This document shows, in pieces, positions 1 to 8,929 of a DNA stretch of 64,000 bases (positions within the stretch are counted from its first letter, which is position 1; every line of letters starts with the position of its first letter). Both the position numbers and the translations under genes were made by a program. This DNA is from a virus (Duplodnaviria > Caudoviricetes), in IMG/VR virus record IMGVR_UViG_3300027672_001796; one strand, given 5' to 3'. The notes beneath the pieces were generated by a model. It saw only the letters and a list, made by a program, of their open reading frames with translations. It was not told the origin of the DNA and did no database searches.

Positions 1-1498
1 ACAAGATCAAGTAGATGAGTGGTACGGCAAAGAAGTAGTATTTGACGAGAGTGGAGAGATGGATTGGGAATCATTTGACATGCTAATGGATGAAGAATAC
101 GCTTATGAAGTGTATGAAGTTTATTCAGACGAAGAAGAACTGATGTACGAAGAAATGATAGCAAAGGATTTTGAAAAATGTCCTACATGTGAGCTTGAAG
201 AATTTTTTGACTTATCGGAAGATGAACTAATAGCATTTGAAAACGAAAGAATGTATGAGGAAGAGGCATACTTTGACCTTGATCCAGAAGAGGCATTCGA
301 AGCCTTTATCAAAGAAGAAGGATTGGAGGACATATTAAGTGCAGACGAATTAGACGACTTTAGAAATGAAGTGTATGCTGACATAGAACTGCATGAAGAA
401 CAGCATGAAGAACAATTTCAAGAAGGCCCAGGCGATTATCAAGTAGCAGAATCTACTACACCCAAGGCACAAGAACAACGACAAGAACAACGACAAGAAC
501 AACAAAAAACAGACACCCAGTTTCTTAGTAATGCTGGTTCAGGTGTAATGAGTGTTAGTGTAGCACAATTTAATTTAGACTTTAACAGTAGCGACGGTGG
601 TAGTACACAGGAAGTTGTTGAAGAACTTATTGCTGATATTATTGATGACGGCTCAGGTAGTATTGATGACGGCTCAGGTAGTTTCGACGATGGATCAGGC
701 AGTAGCAATAGCAGTGGTAATGACGGCAGTGGTAGTTATGCTCAAAGCAATGACGGTTCAAGCCAGTCACAAAATTCAAATGGTAGCCAGGACAGCGGAC
801 AAGGAATGTTAGCACAAGAAGATACAAGTGGTGATAGTTTCTTCCAAGAACAAATAGAGCAAAGCATGGGACAAGAAAGTTTCAGTGCTACAACAAGTGT
901 AACAGAATCATTTGATACTGGTGCATTTACAGTTGCTGAAAGTTCAGCTGATGCCCAAACAGTACAACAAGAAGAAACACTACAGTTTGTAGAAAACTTC
1001 GATGACGGTACAAGTGGCATAAGTGGAGCAGACATACAGTTTGAAGATGAACTAACCACAGCATTAAGTAGTGGCACAGGCTTAACAGAATTCCTAAGCC
1101 AAGCACCGGCAGATTACAGTAGGTTTGAAGTTGAAGCACCTACGTTCCAAGAGCAACGACAATCAGACGCAGTAGAAAGTTTAGCAGATACAATGGGAGC
1201 AACAGTTGCCGCCGCAAACTTACAAGCAGAATTAGACACAATACAAGCAGGTAATGAGGACTCCAATGAATATGGCGACCAAACTATTGCTGTTGCTTAT
1301 ATTGGTTATACAGCAGGCTTTAGTGAGTACACTAGCCAAATACAATTAGCAGACCAACAAGCATGGTATGGTAGTTCGCAAGTGTACAAAGGACAAAAGA
1401 ATGTTGATAACGTACAGAGTTTTTACATGATGGCTGGAAATACTCAAGAGAAACTAAAAGAAATGATATACAGCCAATATAAATTAAAAGAAAAATAG
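1..1498 (+). CDS. Large acidic low-complexity protein, 5'-truncated (frame open from window start)
   Basis: The frame of ORF 59..1498 has no stop back to position 2 (QDQVDEWYGKEVVFDESGEM...). It is very D/E-rich, has QEQR and IDDGSGS repeats, and ends in a non-repetitive C-terminal domain. Confidence 0.8.
   Translation, partial: QDQVDEWYGKEVVFDESGEMDWESFDMLMDEEYAYEVYEVYSDEEELMYEEMIAKDFEKCPTCELEEFFDLSEDELIAFENERMYEEEAYFDLDPEEAFEAFIKEEGLEDILSADELDDFRNEVYADIELHEEQHEEQFQEGPGDYQVAESTTPKAQEQRQEQRQEQQKTDTQFLSNAGSGVMSVSVAQFNLDFNSSDGGSTQEVVEELIADIIDDGSGSIDDGSGSFDDGSGSSNSSGNDGSGSYAQSNDGSSQSQNSNGSQDSGQGMLAQEDTSGDSFFQEQIEQSMGQESFSATTSVTESFDTGAFTVAESSADAQTVQQEETLQFVENFDDGTSGISGADIQFEDELTTALSSGTGLTEFLSQAPADYSRFEVEAPTFQEQRQSDAVESLADTMGATVAAANLQAELDTIQAGNEDSNEYGDQTIAVAYIGYTAGFSEYTSQIQLADQQAWYGSSQVYKGQKNVDNVQSFYMMAGNTQEKLKEMIYSQYKLKEK
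470..505 (+). repeat. 3 x 12-nt tandem repeat (QEQR/QEQR/QEQQ)
   Basis: caagaacaacga x2 followed by caagaacaacaa. Confidence 0.9.
641..703 (+). repeat. 3 x 21-nt tandem repeat encoding (I/F)DDGSGS
   Basis: attgatgacggctcaggtagt x2 followed by ttcgacgatggatcaggcagt. Confidence 0.9.
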
Positions 1499-1508
1499 GA
1501 GAAATAAA

Positions 1509-1961
1509 ATGGCAGAAGTAGAATATGCAGGTGTAAAAATGAGTGGTTCAAAACTTATGATTATGCTTCCTTTACTTGGTACTATAATCGGTGGACTATG
1601 GGGAGGCTTTGAACTCTACAGTAGACTACTTGAAGCAGAAGAAACATTAGCAAACTTACAACCAGAAGCAATTCAGACTGAACTAGTAAGACTAACTGAA
1701 CTTACTGAAGTTATTAAAACGGATTTGAGAGCAGATATTAATTCAGCTAGAGACGAAGTTAAAGTAGCAATGGACTTATCAAGGGAAACTGAAAAAACAT
1801 CAGCTGACACACAAAGAGAAATTAGAAATGATGTGTATGCTATGGAACGTGATATGAATACACGTTTTAAAGAGATGGATGCAGAAACTAGAGAGTTAAG
1901 AAAAGAGCTGGAAGACAAGATAATGACTATACTTGAAAATCCACTCAACGACACTGAATAA
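1509..1961 (+). CDS. Membrane-anchored coiled-coil protein
   Basis: SD aggag; hydrophobic N-terminal segment LMIMLPLLGTIIGGLWGGF followed by a heptad-rich helical region. Confidence 0.75.
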   Translation: MAEVEYAGVKMSGSKLMIMLPLLGTIIGGLWGGFELYSRLLEAEETLANLQPEAIQTELVRLTELTEVIKTDLRADINSARDEVKVAMDLSRETEKTSADTQREIRNDVYAMERDMNTRFKEMDAETRELRKELEDKIMTILENPLNDTE

Positions 1962-1965
1962 CAGC

Positions 1966-1971
1966 TAAATA
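1966..1971 (+). promoter_or_regulatory. T4-late-like promoter TAAATA, ATG 5 nt downstream
   Basis: gcTAAATActgttATG; no SD present. Confidence 0.6.
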
Positions 1972-1976
1972 CTGTT

Positions 1977-4073
1977 ATGAAATTTTTATATAGTGGTTAT
2001 GCAGTATTGATATCTATTGTGTTGCTACTTGCATTGCGAGTAGCAGATCCAACGGCACTACAGAGTGTTAGAGGGCAAACATTTGATGCATATCAACAGT
2101 TAGATGAAATTAAGCAAAGCCAGGATGTTGTACTATTAAACATCGGGGAAAAAAGTTTAGCAGTTAATGGTCAATACCCTTGGCCCAGACAATACTATGC
2201 ACAACTGGTGATAGATGTTGCAGGAGCCGGAGGCGGTGTGCTAGGCTGGACTATTATGTTTCCTGAAGCAGATAGATTCGCCGGAGATGAAATATTTGCT
2301 AATTACTTGATGGAAAATAAAGTTAATGTGCAAGGAGCAAGACGTAATCCTATTAACTTTAATGTATTAAGTCAAGCAACTAGTACAAGAGGCATTAAAA
2401 CATCAGGCCCACATATAGGAACAGGCACAATCGGTCCTGTGCCAGCAAAAAATTATTTACTAAAGTGGCCCAACTTAGTTACAAACATTCCGCTACTAGA
2501 AGCAGTAGCAAACGGCAAAGGCGTAACAGCGTCAGCGCCACAGCCAGATAATCAAACACGAACATACCCATTAGCAATTACAGTTGGCGATAGACTGTAT
2601 CCTAGTTTTGCTATTGAAATGCTAAGGGTAAGTAAAGGTCAAAAAAGTTATATAGTTAAAACTAGCGAATTAGGAATACAAGAAGTTACAGTTAAAGGAT
2701 ACGATCCAATTGTAACACAGTCAGACGGCACAGCATACATTCGCTTTAATAATACATTCGAGGAAATTGAATACTTAGGAGCCGAAACTCTGACCCATCT
2801 TGCAGGCAAAATGGTTATAGTAGGTGTTACAGCAGAAGGTATTGCAAATCCTGTGCCTACACCAAGAGGCAACTTGTATCCACAGCAAATACACGCTCAT
2901 ATGCTACAAAACTTTATAGATAGCAGTAACATTACCAGGAACGAGTTAAGTGCTGTGTACGAGCTTCTGTGTGCGTTACTGGGCATGATATTAATAGGTC
3001 TAGCAATATATAAATCGCACATTTGGGTAGGTTTAGTGACCACAGTTACTATTATAGGCGGAATTGTATATTATAGTATATATTCTTATACTGCAAACTT
3101 AGTATTATTTGATGCTACTTTTCCAGCAATAGCAAGTTTCTTAATATTTACACAGGCAAGTTTTAATAACTTCTGGATACAATTTAAACTAAGAGCTGAG
3201 ATACAAAAACAATTTGCCGGTTACGCCTCTCCTACAGTGGTTCGTATGTTGCAAGAAAACCCAGAACTAATTAAGCAGGGTATGAAGAAGGAAGTAAGTA
3301 TATGCTTCTCAGATTTACGTGGATTTACCCCATTAGGCGAGAGCTTTGGCGATGATGTTAAAGGGTTAACAGAAATAATGAACGGGTATATGGATGCAAT
3401 TACACAACCTATACTAGATGCAAACGGCATGGTGATTAAATATATCGGTGATGCCAGTATGCATATACATAATGCTCCAATGGATGATCCAGACCACCCT
3501 AAGAGTGCGGTGGAAACAGGCATATTAATGCTCAGGGCAGTAGAGAAATTCAATGATAAAATTGTTAAAGAAGGCAGACCACCCATTGGTATGGGTGCTG
3601 GTATTAATACTGGGCTCGGTTATATTGGGGAAATGGGCTCCACTGCCAGGCACAGTTACGACATACTCGGAGATGCAGTTAGTACCGCGGCAAGAATAGA
3701 AAGCAAATGTAAAGAGTACGGATGTTTACTCCTTGTGGGCGGTGATACATATAAACATACTAAGAATAATTTCTTTTATTTAAAAGTAGATGACTTGCAA
3801 GTAAAAGGTAAAAGCGTTGGCATAGAAATATATACTGCATTAGATATTAAGCTAACTAAGTATGTTAAAGGCAAACAACTACATGCACAAATGCATGAAC
3901 ATTATCGCAATCAAGATTTTGATAAAGCAATTAAATTATGTAAGCAATTATCTAAAACGTTTGACGGCAAAATGAAAGGCTACTATACTATGTGGATTGA
4001 ACGCTGTGAATTTCAAAAGACACAAGACTTGCCTAAGGATTGGAACGGAATTATGATAGCCACAGGCAAATAA
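1977..4073 (+). CDS. CHASE2-domain class III adenylate/guanylate cyclase
   Basis: N-terminal TM; CHASE2-like motifs (YPWPR, DxxFA); three TM helices; cyclase motifs FSDLRGFT, KYIGDA, GAGINTG, YDILGDAVSTAARIE. Confidence 0.92.
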   Translation: MKFLYSGYAVLISIVLLLALRVADPTALQSVRGQTFDAYQQLDEIKQSQDVVLLNIGEKSLAVNGQYPWPRQYYAQLVIDVAGAGGGVLGWTIMFPEADRFAGDEIFANYLMENKVNVQGARRNPINFNVLSQATSTRGIKTSGPHIGTGTIGPVPAKNYLLKWPNLVTNIPLLEAVANGKGVTASAPQPDNQTRTYPLAITVGDRLYPSFAIEMLRVSKGQKSYIVKTSELGIQEVTVKGYDPIVTQSDGTAYIRFNNTFEEIEYLGAETLTHLAGKMVIVGVTAEGIANPVPTPRGNLYPQQIHAHMLQNFIDSSNITRNELSAVYELLCALLGMILIGLAIYKSHIWVGLVTTVTIIGGIVYYSIYSYTANLVLFDATFPAIASFLIFTQASFNNFWIQFKLRAEIQKQFAGYASPTVVRMLQENPELIKQGMKKEVSICFSDLRGFTPLGESFGDDVKGLTEIMNGYMDAITQPILDANGMVIKYIGDASMHIHNAPMDDPDHPKSAVETGILMLRAVEKFNDKIVKEGRPPIGMGAGINTGLGYIGEMGSTARHSYDILGDAVSTAARIESKCKEYGCLLLVGGDTYKHTKNNFFYLKVDDLQVKGKSVGIEIYTALDIKLTKYVKGKQLHAQMHEHYRNQDFDKAIKLCKQLSKTFDGKMKGYYTMWIERCEFQKTQDLPKDWNGIMIATGK

Positions 4074-4700
4074 TTATTCGTCCGGAGTCCAGTTTCTAAA
4101 TTCCGTAAATAATTTTGCATACTCAAGTAAGTCTGTGCGTAACGTTTGCAAATGTTTTAATTCAAACGGAATATTTAATCCGGCAGTAATATAAGCAGGA
4201 TGATAAAAATTTAAAATTATATCTACACGTTCTCTGTCTTTAATTATATCTTGTATTACTCTATGATAAAAGTTTGGATCTGTTATTAAATCAGACAGCC
4301 ATTGGTGATGACTACTTGAAGCATTACCCACATACGCCATTTCTCGAACATCAAATGTTAACGCTCTTATAGGATTGATGTTATGTCGATACTTATTCAT
4401 CACCGGTGGATAGTACCATCGTTGATCTCGAGTAGTCTGAGTAGATAGAAACGCTTTATACTCGTTTACTAAACTTTTATACAAACCTTCACTACTAGAT
4501 TGAACAGATACTTTATACTGCTCGATTAAGTTATCAGCTATATTTTGGTGATAACTCTCTAACTCATCGTAAATCTTTAGTAAATGGGGTATTGTCCACG
4601 TACCGTTAAAAAACGATGTAGGTATAGATTTGTGTTTGTGGTATTTGTTCAGCTCGGTGGTCAGTCTAACTACATCAAAATTTATAATATCTTTTGACAT
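4074..4700 (-). CDS. Hypothetical protein (start revised to ATG at 4700)
   Basis: ORF track 4074..4715; late-like TAAGTA-ctagt-ATG on the minus strand. Confidence 0.65.
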   Translation of the reverse strand: MSKDIINFDVVRLTTELNKYHKHKSIPTSFFNGTWTIPHLLKIYDELESYHQNIADNLIEQYKVSVQSSSEGLYKSLVNEYKAFLSTQTTRDQRWYYPPVMNKYRHNINPIRALTFDVREMAYVGNASSSHHQWLSDLITDPNFYHRVIQDIIKDRERVDIILNFYHPAYITAGLNIPFELKHLQTLRTDLLEYAKLFTEFRNWTPDE

Positions 4701-4711
4701 ACTAGTACTTA

Positions 4712-5203
4712 TCACATATTGATTTTTAGGATGGTATGTAGTTTATCTGTGCCTTTATTTCTGCCAAGTGTAGACCTTGCACCGTCATGTAACGGCTTGG
4801 GCCACTTGCCGATATCAACCCAGGCATACCCGGCACTTTCATCGTTTAACGTAGGAATAAACTCACTCGGCACAACAGCAACGAAACTGTAATACATAAA
4901 GTTTTTGTTTCTACTTTGATAAACATCTATAGGATTTAATTTTTGTAGTTCTGGAACGAACCCAATTTCTTCTTCTAATTCACGTTGTATACATTCAAAT
5001 GGAGTCTCACCATTATCAATCATGCCACCCCAAAAACCCCAAGTATTCTTATGACGCTTATCACTATTCCTTAATTGGAATAAGCATCGTCCAGTGTCTT
5101 TAGCAAGAAACAAAACTCCTGCTCCAGCAATCCCTTCGAATGTTTTTACAGGTTCAGTTTCCAATATCCTGGGTTGTACTGACCTTCGTGTGTGCTTGTC
5201 CAT
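4712..5203 (-). CDS. Nudix hydrolase
   Basis: Nudix box GGMIDNGETPFECIQRELEEEIG. Confidence 0.92.
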   Translation of the reverse strand: MDKHTRRSVQPRILETEPVKTFEGIAGAGVLFLAKDTGRCLFQLRNSDKRHKNTWGFWGGMIDNGETPFECIQRELEEEIGFVPELQKLNPIDVYQSRNKNFMYYSFVAVVPSEFIPTLNDESAGYAWVDIGKWPKPLHDGARSTLGRNKGTDKLHTILKINM

Positions 5204-6582
5204 GAGGCGTTCTCGTATTTGTATTGTTTGTTTGTGTATAAGTTTTTAACGTATTGTACTGTAGTTTGAGCACTAGCATCAAGCGATACAATCCATTTAG
5301 CACCATCGTATTCTATAATATCGTGAACATCTGCATTAAAGATGCCCCAGTTGTCTCCAACAATTTCATTAGTAAGCAAGTATCGTTGTCCAGTTGCAAC
5401 TGCAACTAGTGTGCCGTCTCCTGGATAATTATTAAGCGGATTAACAATTCTTGTTACATCAGTTTGTGTTGTACTAGGCAATGTATCACTGTCTAATGTG
5501 AACACTAACTTAGCAGTATCTGTCACTGACCTGACAATAGTTCCTGTGATTAACGAGGCACTTTCAAGGTCATTATTGATATTTAATTGTAGTGTACTTC
5601 CAGCCGTTAACGGAATATCTGCAAGGTTTACAGCATTCGAGCCAGCAGATCCACTGCTAGTTTGAGGTGCTAACACTTCTAATAAGTCATTCCAATTTGC
5701 TTTCACGGTAGTTCCGTCATCGTAAACACTTTGAGCTGGAGTACCAGTTGGAGCACTTTTAAATAGTGTTGCTTCAGCACCATCTATACTTACCCAATAG
5801 TTATTTGGTGTAATAGTTTGAATTTCCATATCACCGTCTATGGTTCTAAAGAAGTCGTAAATATCTGAATCGTACCCTAAGTCGCCTGTGCTATCTGTCT
5901 TGTACACATTAGCAGTAATAGAGTTAATAATTTTTTGACGTTTAACTGCCGCCGGCGGACTTAGCCATATAGGCATAACAAATGTCAGCGTAGCAACATC
6001 GAGCGTTTCATCGACACCAGCTGGAATACTTCTATTACTCCACTGTATATCAGTTAATTCAACTTCGAATATATTAGCCCAATCCAACGGATTTGAGTTT
6101 TGTTGTAACTGCAAACTTGGATTGAATAATATTAAAATTTGTTCTAACAACTGTAGTTTCTGGTCAGTATTACTACTCCAAATATCTACTTGCATTGTTA
6201 AGTTGTAAGGTACAGGCATTATTCTGTCTGTACTATATAAGTTTCCTTTTCCAGTGCCGTACGTTGAAGTATTAGTATCGTATGCCCTTTCAGCCACTTG
6301 CACTTTGGAAACTAGTGTTGGATCTTGTGTCCTGTCTCTAGCAATTAATAAACTTTGTATACTACATGCAATAAATGGAGTGCTGTTAATCATGTTCTCG
6401 CCACCCTTAGTAAGGATGTGAGCAACCATTCGGCTCATGTCTGAATATCTAACAGGAGCTTTGTTATAATATGTAACACCGCCACGTTTACCTTCGGAAA
6501 CTTTAAATTCACCAAAGATCCGCATGAACTGTAGTAAGTATCTTCTTACCTGTGCGTCATAAAAATAATCCATATTTGCCAT
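5146..6582 (-). CDS. gp15: Tail terminator / proximal sheath stabiliser, T4 gp15-like, with C-terminal extension
   Basis: YFYDAQVRRYLLQFMRIF and MPVPYNLTMQVDIWSSNTDQKLQLLEQILILFNPS, both typical of gp15-like proteins. Confidence 0.7.
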   Translation of the reverse strand: MANMDYFYDAQVRRYLLQFMRIFGEFKVSEGKRGGVTYYNKAPVRYSDMSRMVAHILTKGGENMINSTPFIACSIQSLLIARDRTQDPTLVSKVQVAERAYDTNTSTYGTGKGNLYSTDRIMPVPYNLTMQVDIWSSNTDQKLQLLEQILILFNPSLQLQQNSNPLDWANIFEVELTDIQWSNRSIPAGVDETLDVATLTFVMPIWLSPPAAVKRQKIINSITANVYKTDSTGDLGYDSDIYDFFRTIDGDMEIQTITPNNYWVSIDGAEATLFKSAPTGTPAQSVYDDGTTVKANWNDLLEVLAPQTSSGSAGSNAVNLADIPLTAGSTLQLNINNDLESASLITGTIVRSVTDTAKLVFTLDSDTLPSTTQTDVTRIVNPLNNYPGDGTLVAVATGQRYLLTNEIVGDNWGIFNADVHDIIEYDGAKWIVSLDASAQTTVQYVKNLYTNKQYKYENASWTSTHEGQYNPGYWKLNL

Positions 6583-6583
6583 A

Positions 6584-7606
6584 CTAGTCTGCCTTCGGTT
6601 TCACTATTTTACTGAGATTAGTTTTAACTGAATCAGTTGTACCATCAGTATTAATTCTTTGGTCATCATTGTTAACAAACGAAGTAAGTATCTTGTTAGC
6701 CGCCGACCATGCCTGTGTCTTATCATCACTAACCCTACGCCAAACACTCAAGTTCTTTAAGAATAATCTGTGCGGTGAAAAGTCTGTTCTTAGGAAGTAA
6801 TCGCCTTCGTTTGCATCTGCCGGGAATGTTGCGCCACTGCCAACTATAACTGCTCCGTTTGGAGGAGTGCCATCGACATTAGGAAGATAAATTCCAGGTG
6901 CGTCACCTTCTACATACAAATGACCACCAGCTACATAGTCTGCATCATACGGTGTTTCAGCCGCCGCCAATGCTTGAACTTTATCTGATATAGCAATTTC
7001 TGTGCTGTAAGTACTTAATATATTTCGTAAATCGTCAGCACTTTCACCAGTGCCAAGTATATCTCTGTACTCTGGACTGTCTGTTATGTTAGTTAGTTTC
7101 ACTCTCCACAAGTGGGGCCACCATCTTGCATCGTAGCCTTCTGCTGGTCTGCCTGCATCACTAACAACAAAATATCTATTAACGGCTTCACCGCCACCAA
7201 GTAATAAGTCATCTCGTAAATGAGGTAGCTCAACAACATCACCTGCCATTAAACGTCTGCCTAATAAACTAGCTAAGGTATTCATATGGAAAGTCATAAA
7301 CAATGAGTCATTGTTAACAAACAGTCCAAACTGTGTTAAGTCAAACTCTGGATCACCGGGAGTATAACTGCCACGTAATTCGTAGATATCAGTATCATAC
7401 TTCCTGTCTCTGTTTTCTAAAAACAGTACATCTTGTATATACAAGTCTCCTGTTCCGGTACTTGCAGTGGTGTCATCAGTGTATGTTCCTATGTATTTGT
7501 GTACATAGACTCCTGTTCCACCCGCGTTGATATTCTCGGCAATAATTCTATCTTGAAAATCATAGTCGTTTGTTTTGTTCTTGTTCCATAAACTTAATCT
7601 AGGCAT
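6584..7606 (-). CDS. gp14: Neck protein, T4 gp14-like (start revised to ATG at 7606)
   Basis: IQDVLFLENRDRKY, DLTQFGLF and GDVVELPHL motifs; adjacent to the gp15-like gene; TAAATA-ctgct-ATG. Confidence 0.7.
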   Translation of the reverse strand: MPRLSLWNKNKTNDYDFQDRIIAENINAGGTGVYVHKYIGTYTDDTTASTGTGDLYIQDVLFLENRDRKYDTDIYELRGSYTPGDPEFDLTQFGLFVNNDSLFMTFHMNTLASLLGRRLMAGDVVELPHLRDDLLLGGGEAVNRYFVVSDAGRPAEGYDARWWPHLWRVKLTNITDSPEYRDILGTGESADDLRNILSTYSTEIAISDKVQALAAAETPYDADYVAGGHLYVEGDAPGIYLPNVDGTPPNGAVIVGSGATFPADANEGDYFLRTDFSPHRLFLKNLSVWRRVSDDKTQAWSAANKILTSFVNNDDQRINTDGTTDSVKTNLSKIVKPKAD

Positions 7607-7611
7607 AGCAG

Positions 7612-7617
7612 TATTTA
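7612..7617 (-). promoter_or_regulatory. Late promoter TAAATA for the gp14-gp15-Nudix operon
   Basis: Minus strand reads tgaTAAATActgctATG. Confidence 0.65.
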
Positions 7618-7633
7618 TCACTTTCTAAAGTTC

Positions 7634-7662
7634 TTGACACAAGACGTGATAACTACTATAAT
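7634..7662 (+). promoter_or_regulatory. Sigma70-like promoter for tRNA-Ser
   Basis: TTGACA-17-TATAAT, perfect consensus. Confidence 0.85.
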
Positions 7663-7672
7663 GTCTACATAC

Positions 7673-7762
7673 GGAGAGTTGGCTGAGTGGTCGAAAGCGC
7701 CTCCCTGCTAAGGAGGTATATGGGTAACTGTATCGAGGGTTCGAATCCCTCACTCTCCGCCA
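7673..7762 (+). tRNA. tRNA-Ser(GCT)
   Basis: Acceptor GGAGAGT/ACTCTCC; anticodon arm CCTCC-CT-GCT-AA-GGAGG; long variable arm; TTCGAAT loop; G discriminator; encoded CCA. Confidence 0.97.
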
Positions 7763-7767
7763 CTTAC

Positions 7768-8241
7768 TTAACTAGCTGATGTAATTAAACTAGCCATAAA
7801 GCCTATTATACCACCACATGCTGTTATGCCCACAGCAATAGCACCCATATCAAACCAGAACCTTCTAGACTCTGCCTTGAGCGTTGCCGCCCGCATTCTA
7901 GCTTGTTGGATTGCTCTGCGTTCTTTCATCATATCTTCATAGAACCCAGCTTGTCCTGAATATATTAAAAACTCTCTGAGTTCCTTCTCAAGATTTGCCA
8001 TTTTATGTTTGGCGGCTGTTATTTCTAGTGCCTGTGCTTCTACACTACTGCCACTGAATAACTTTTTAATCATTGGTTGATTTTGACCGTATTGGCTAGC
8101 ACCTATTATCTGATCCTTAGCATCAAAGAACTTACCAAAATATCCAGCAACATCTTCTATTTCTCGACCCGCCGCGACTGCTCGTTGAATGCCCTTGAAG
8201 GCGGCATTTGCCAGGCTAATTGCCCCTGCTATCTCTATCAT
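7768..8241 (-). CDS. Hypothetical protein with C-terminal TM helix
   Basis: SD aggag; helical body; hydrophobic C-terminus; late-like TAAGTA at 8276-8281. Confidence 0.75.
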   Translation of the reverse strand: MIEIAGAISLANAAFKGIQRAVAAGREIEDVAGYFGKFFDAKDQIIGASQYGQNQPMIKKLFSGSSVEAQALEITAAKHKMANLEKELREFLIYSGQAGFYEDMMKERRAIQQARMRAATLKAESRRFWFDMGAIAVGITACGGIIGFMASLITSAS

Positions 8242-8296
8242 GTGCGTCTCCTACGACCCGTATGACCTACAATAGTACTTATCTAAACCACAAATA

Positions 8297-8338
8297 CCGG
8301 TAAAAAACGGTTGACTTACCAGCAAAATACTGTATAAT
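8297..8338 (+). promoter_or_regulatory. Sigma70-like early promoter with GGTAAAA upstream element
   Basis: ccGGTAAAAaacggTTGACT-16-TATAAT. Confidence 0.75.
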
Positions 8339-8372
8339 AGTATACATATTAACGCAAAGAGGCAGTAGTTAC

Positions 8373-8651
8373 ATGGCATATTACACTCATACAGCAGATC
8401 CAATAGGCGTTTTCACTGAAAAAGAATACGGAAATTACTTTGAATTTAGTAATAATCCAGATAATTTTGCATTTTGCGAAGACCACCCACATGTTGTATG
8501 GGTAGGATCTCATGGAGTTGGGGGAGATAGCGGACGCCGTTATGCTACTGTTAAGAAGACAGTTGCTTATGTGGTAGTTGGTGAAGACGAGTTTGGACTT
8601 CCTGTTGTTGAGAAGTGGAATATCAAACAGCGTAAAGATTATTTCGTATAA
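8373..8651 (+). CDS. Small hypothetical early protein
   Basis: 92-aa ORF with SD gagg directly after the promoter. Confidence 0.7.
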   Translation: MAYYTHTADPIGVFTEKEYGNYFEFSNNPDNFAFCEDHPHVVWVGSHGVGGDSGRRYATVKKTVAYVVVGEDEFGLPVVEKWNIKQRKDYFV

Positions 8652-8821
8652 CAGACAAGCACATTAACTCTGTGCTAGTAGTAAGTTGTTCCTTCTATGA
8701 TAGAACTTAGGGTAGTTCCTAAGAATTGGAACACGATGACAGTAGTCCGTACACTTGGGTACGATAGTTTGAAGCGGTGGAGAACTGAAGATCTCGGTTC
8801 CGGGAAGCTGTTAAAACACCA
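8649..8821 (+). ncRNA. Candidate structured non-coding RNA ending in ACCA
   Basis: No ORF; at least six short stems including a multi-branch junction; 3' end ...aaaacACCA lies 12 nt before tRNA-Trp. Confidence 0.6.
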
Positions 8822-8833
8822 ATACTTATTTAT

Positions 8834-8908
8834 GAGTTAGTGGTCTAATGGTAAGATGCAGGTCTCCAAAACCTTGCGATTGGGGTTCGAATCCTTACTA
8901 GCTCGCCA
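8834..8908 (+). tRNA. tRNA-Trp(CCA)
   Basis: Acceptor GAGTTAG/CTAGCTC; anticodon loop CT-CCA-AA; TTCGAAT loop; encoded CCA. Confidence 0.93.
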
Positions 8909-8929
8909 AATTGAAATAGGATAGATGTA

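Noticed and set aside
8734-8816. Hammerhead or tracrRNA resemblance (gatga..., tagtccgt, gttt...aaaac)
   Set aside because: The CUGAUGA/GAAA core is missing, the tracr-like words are in the wrong order, and there is no Cas gene or repeat in the window.
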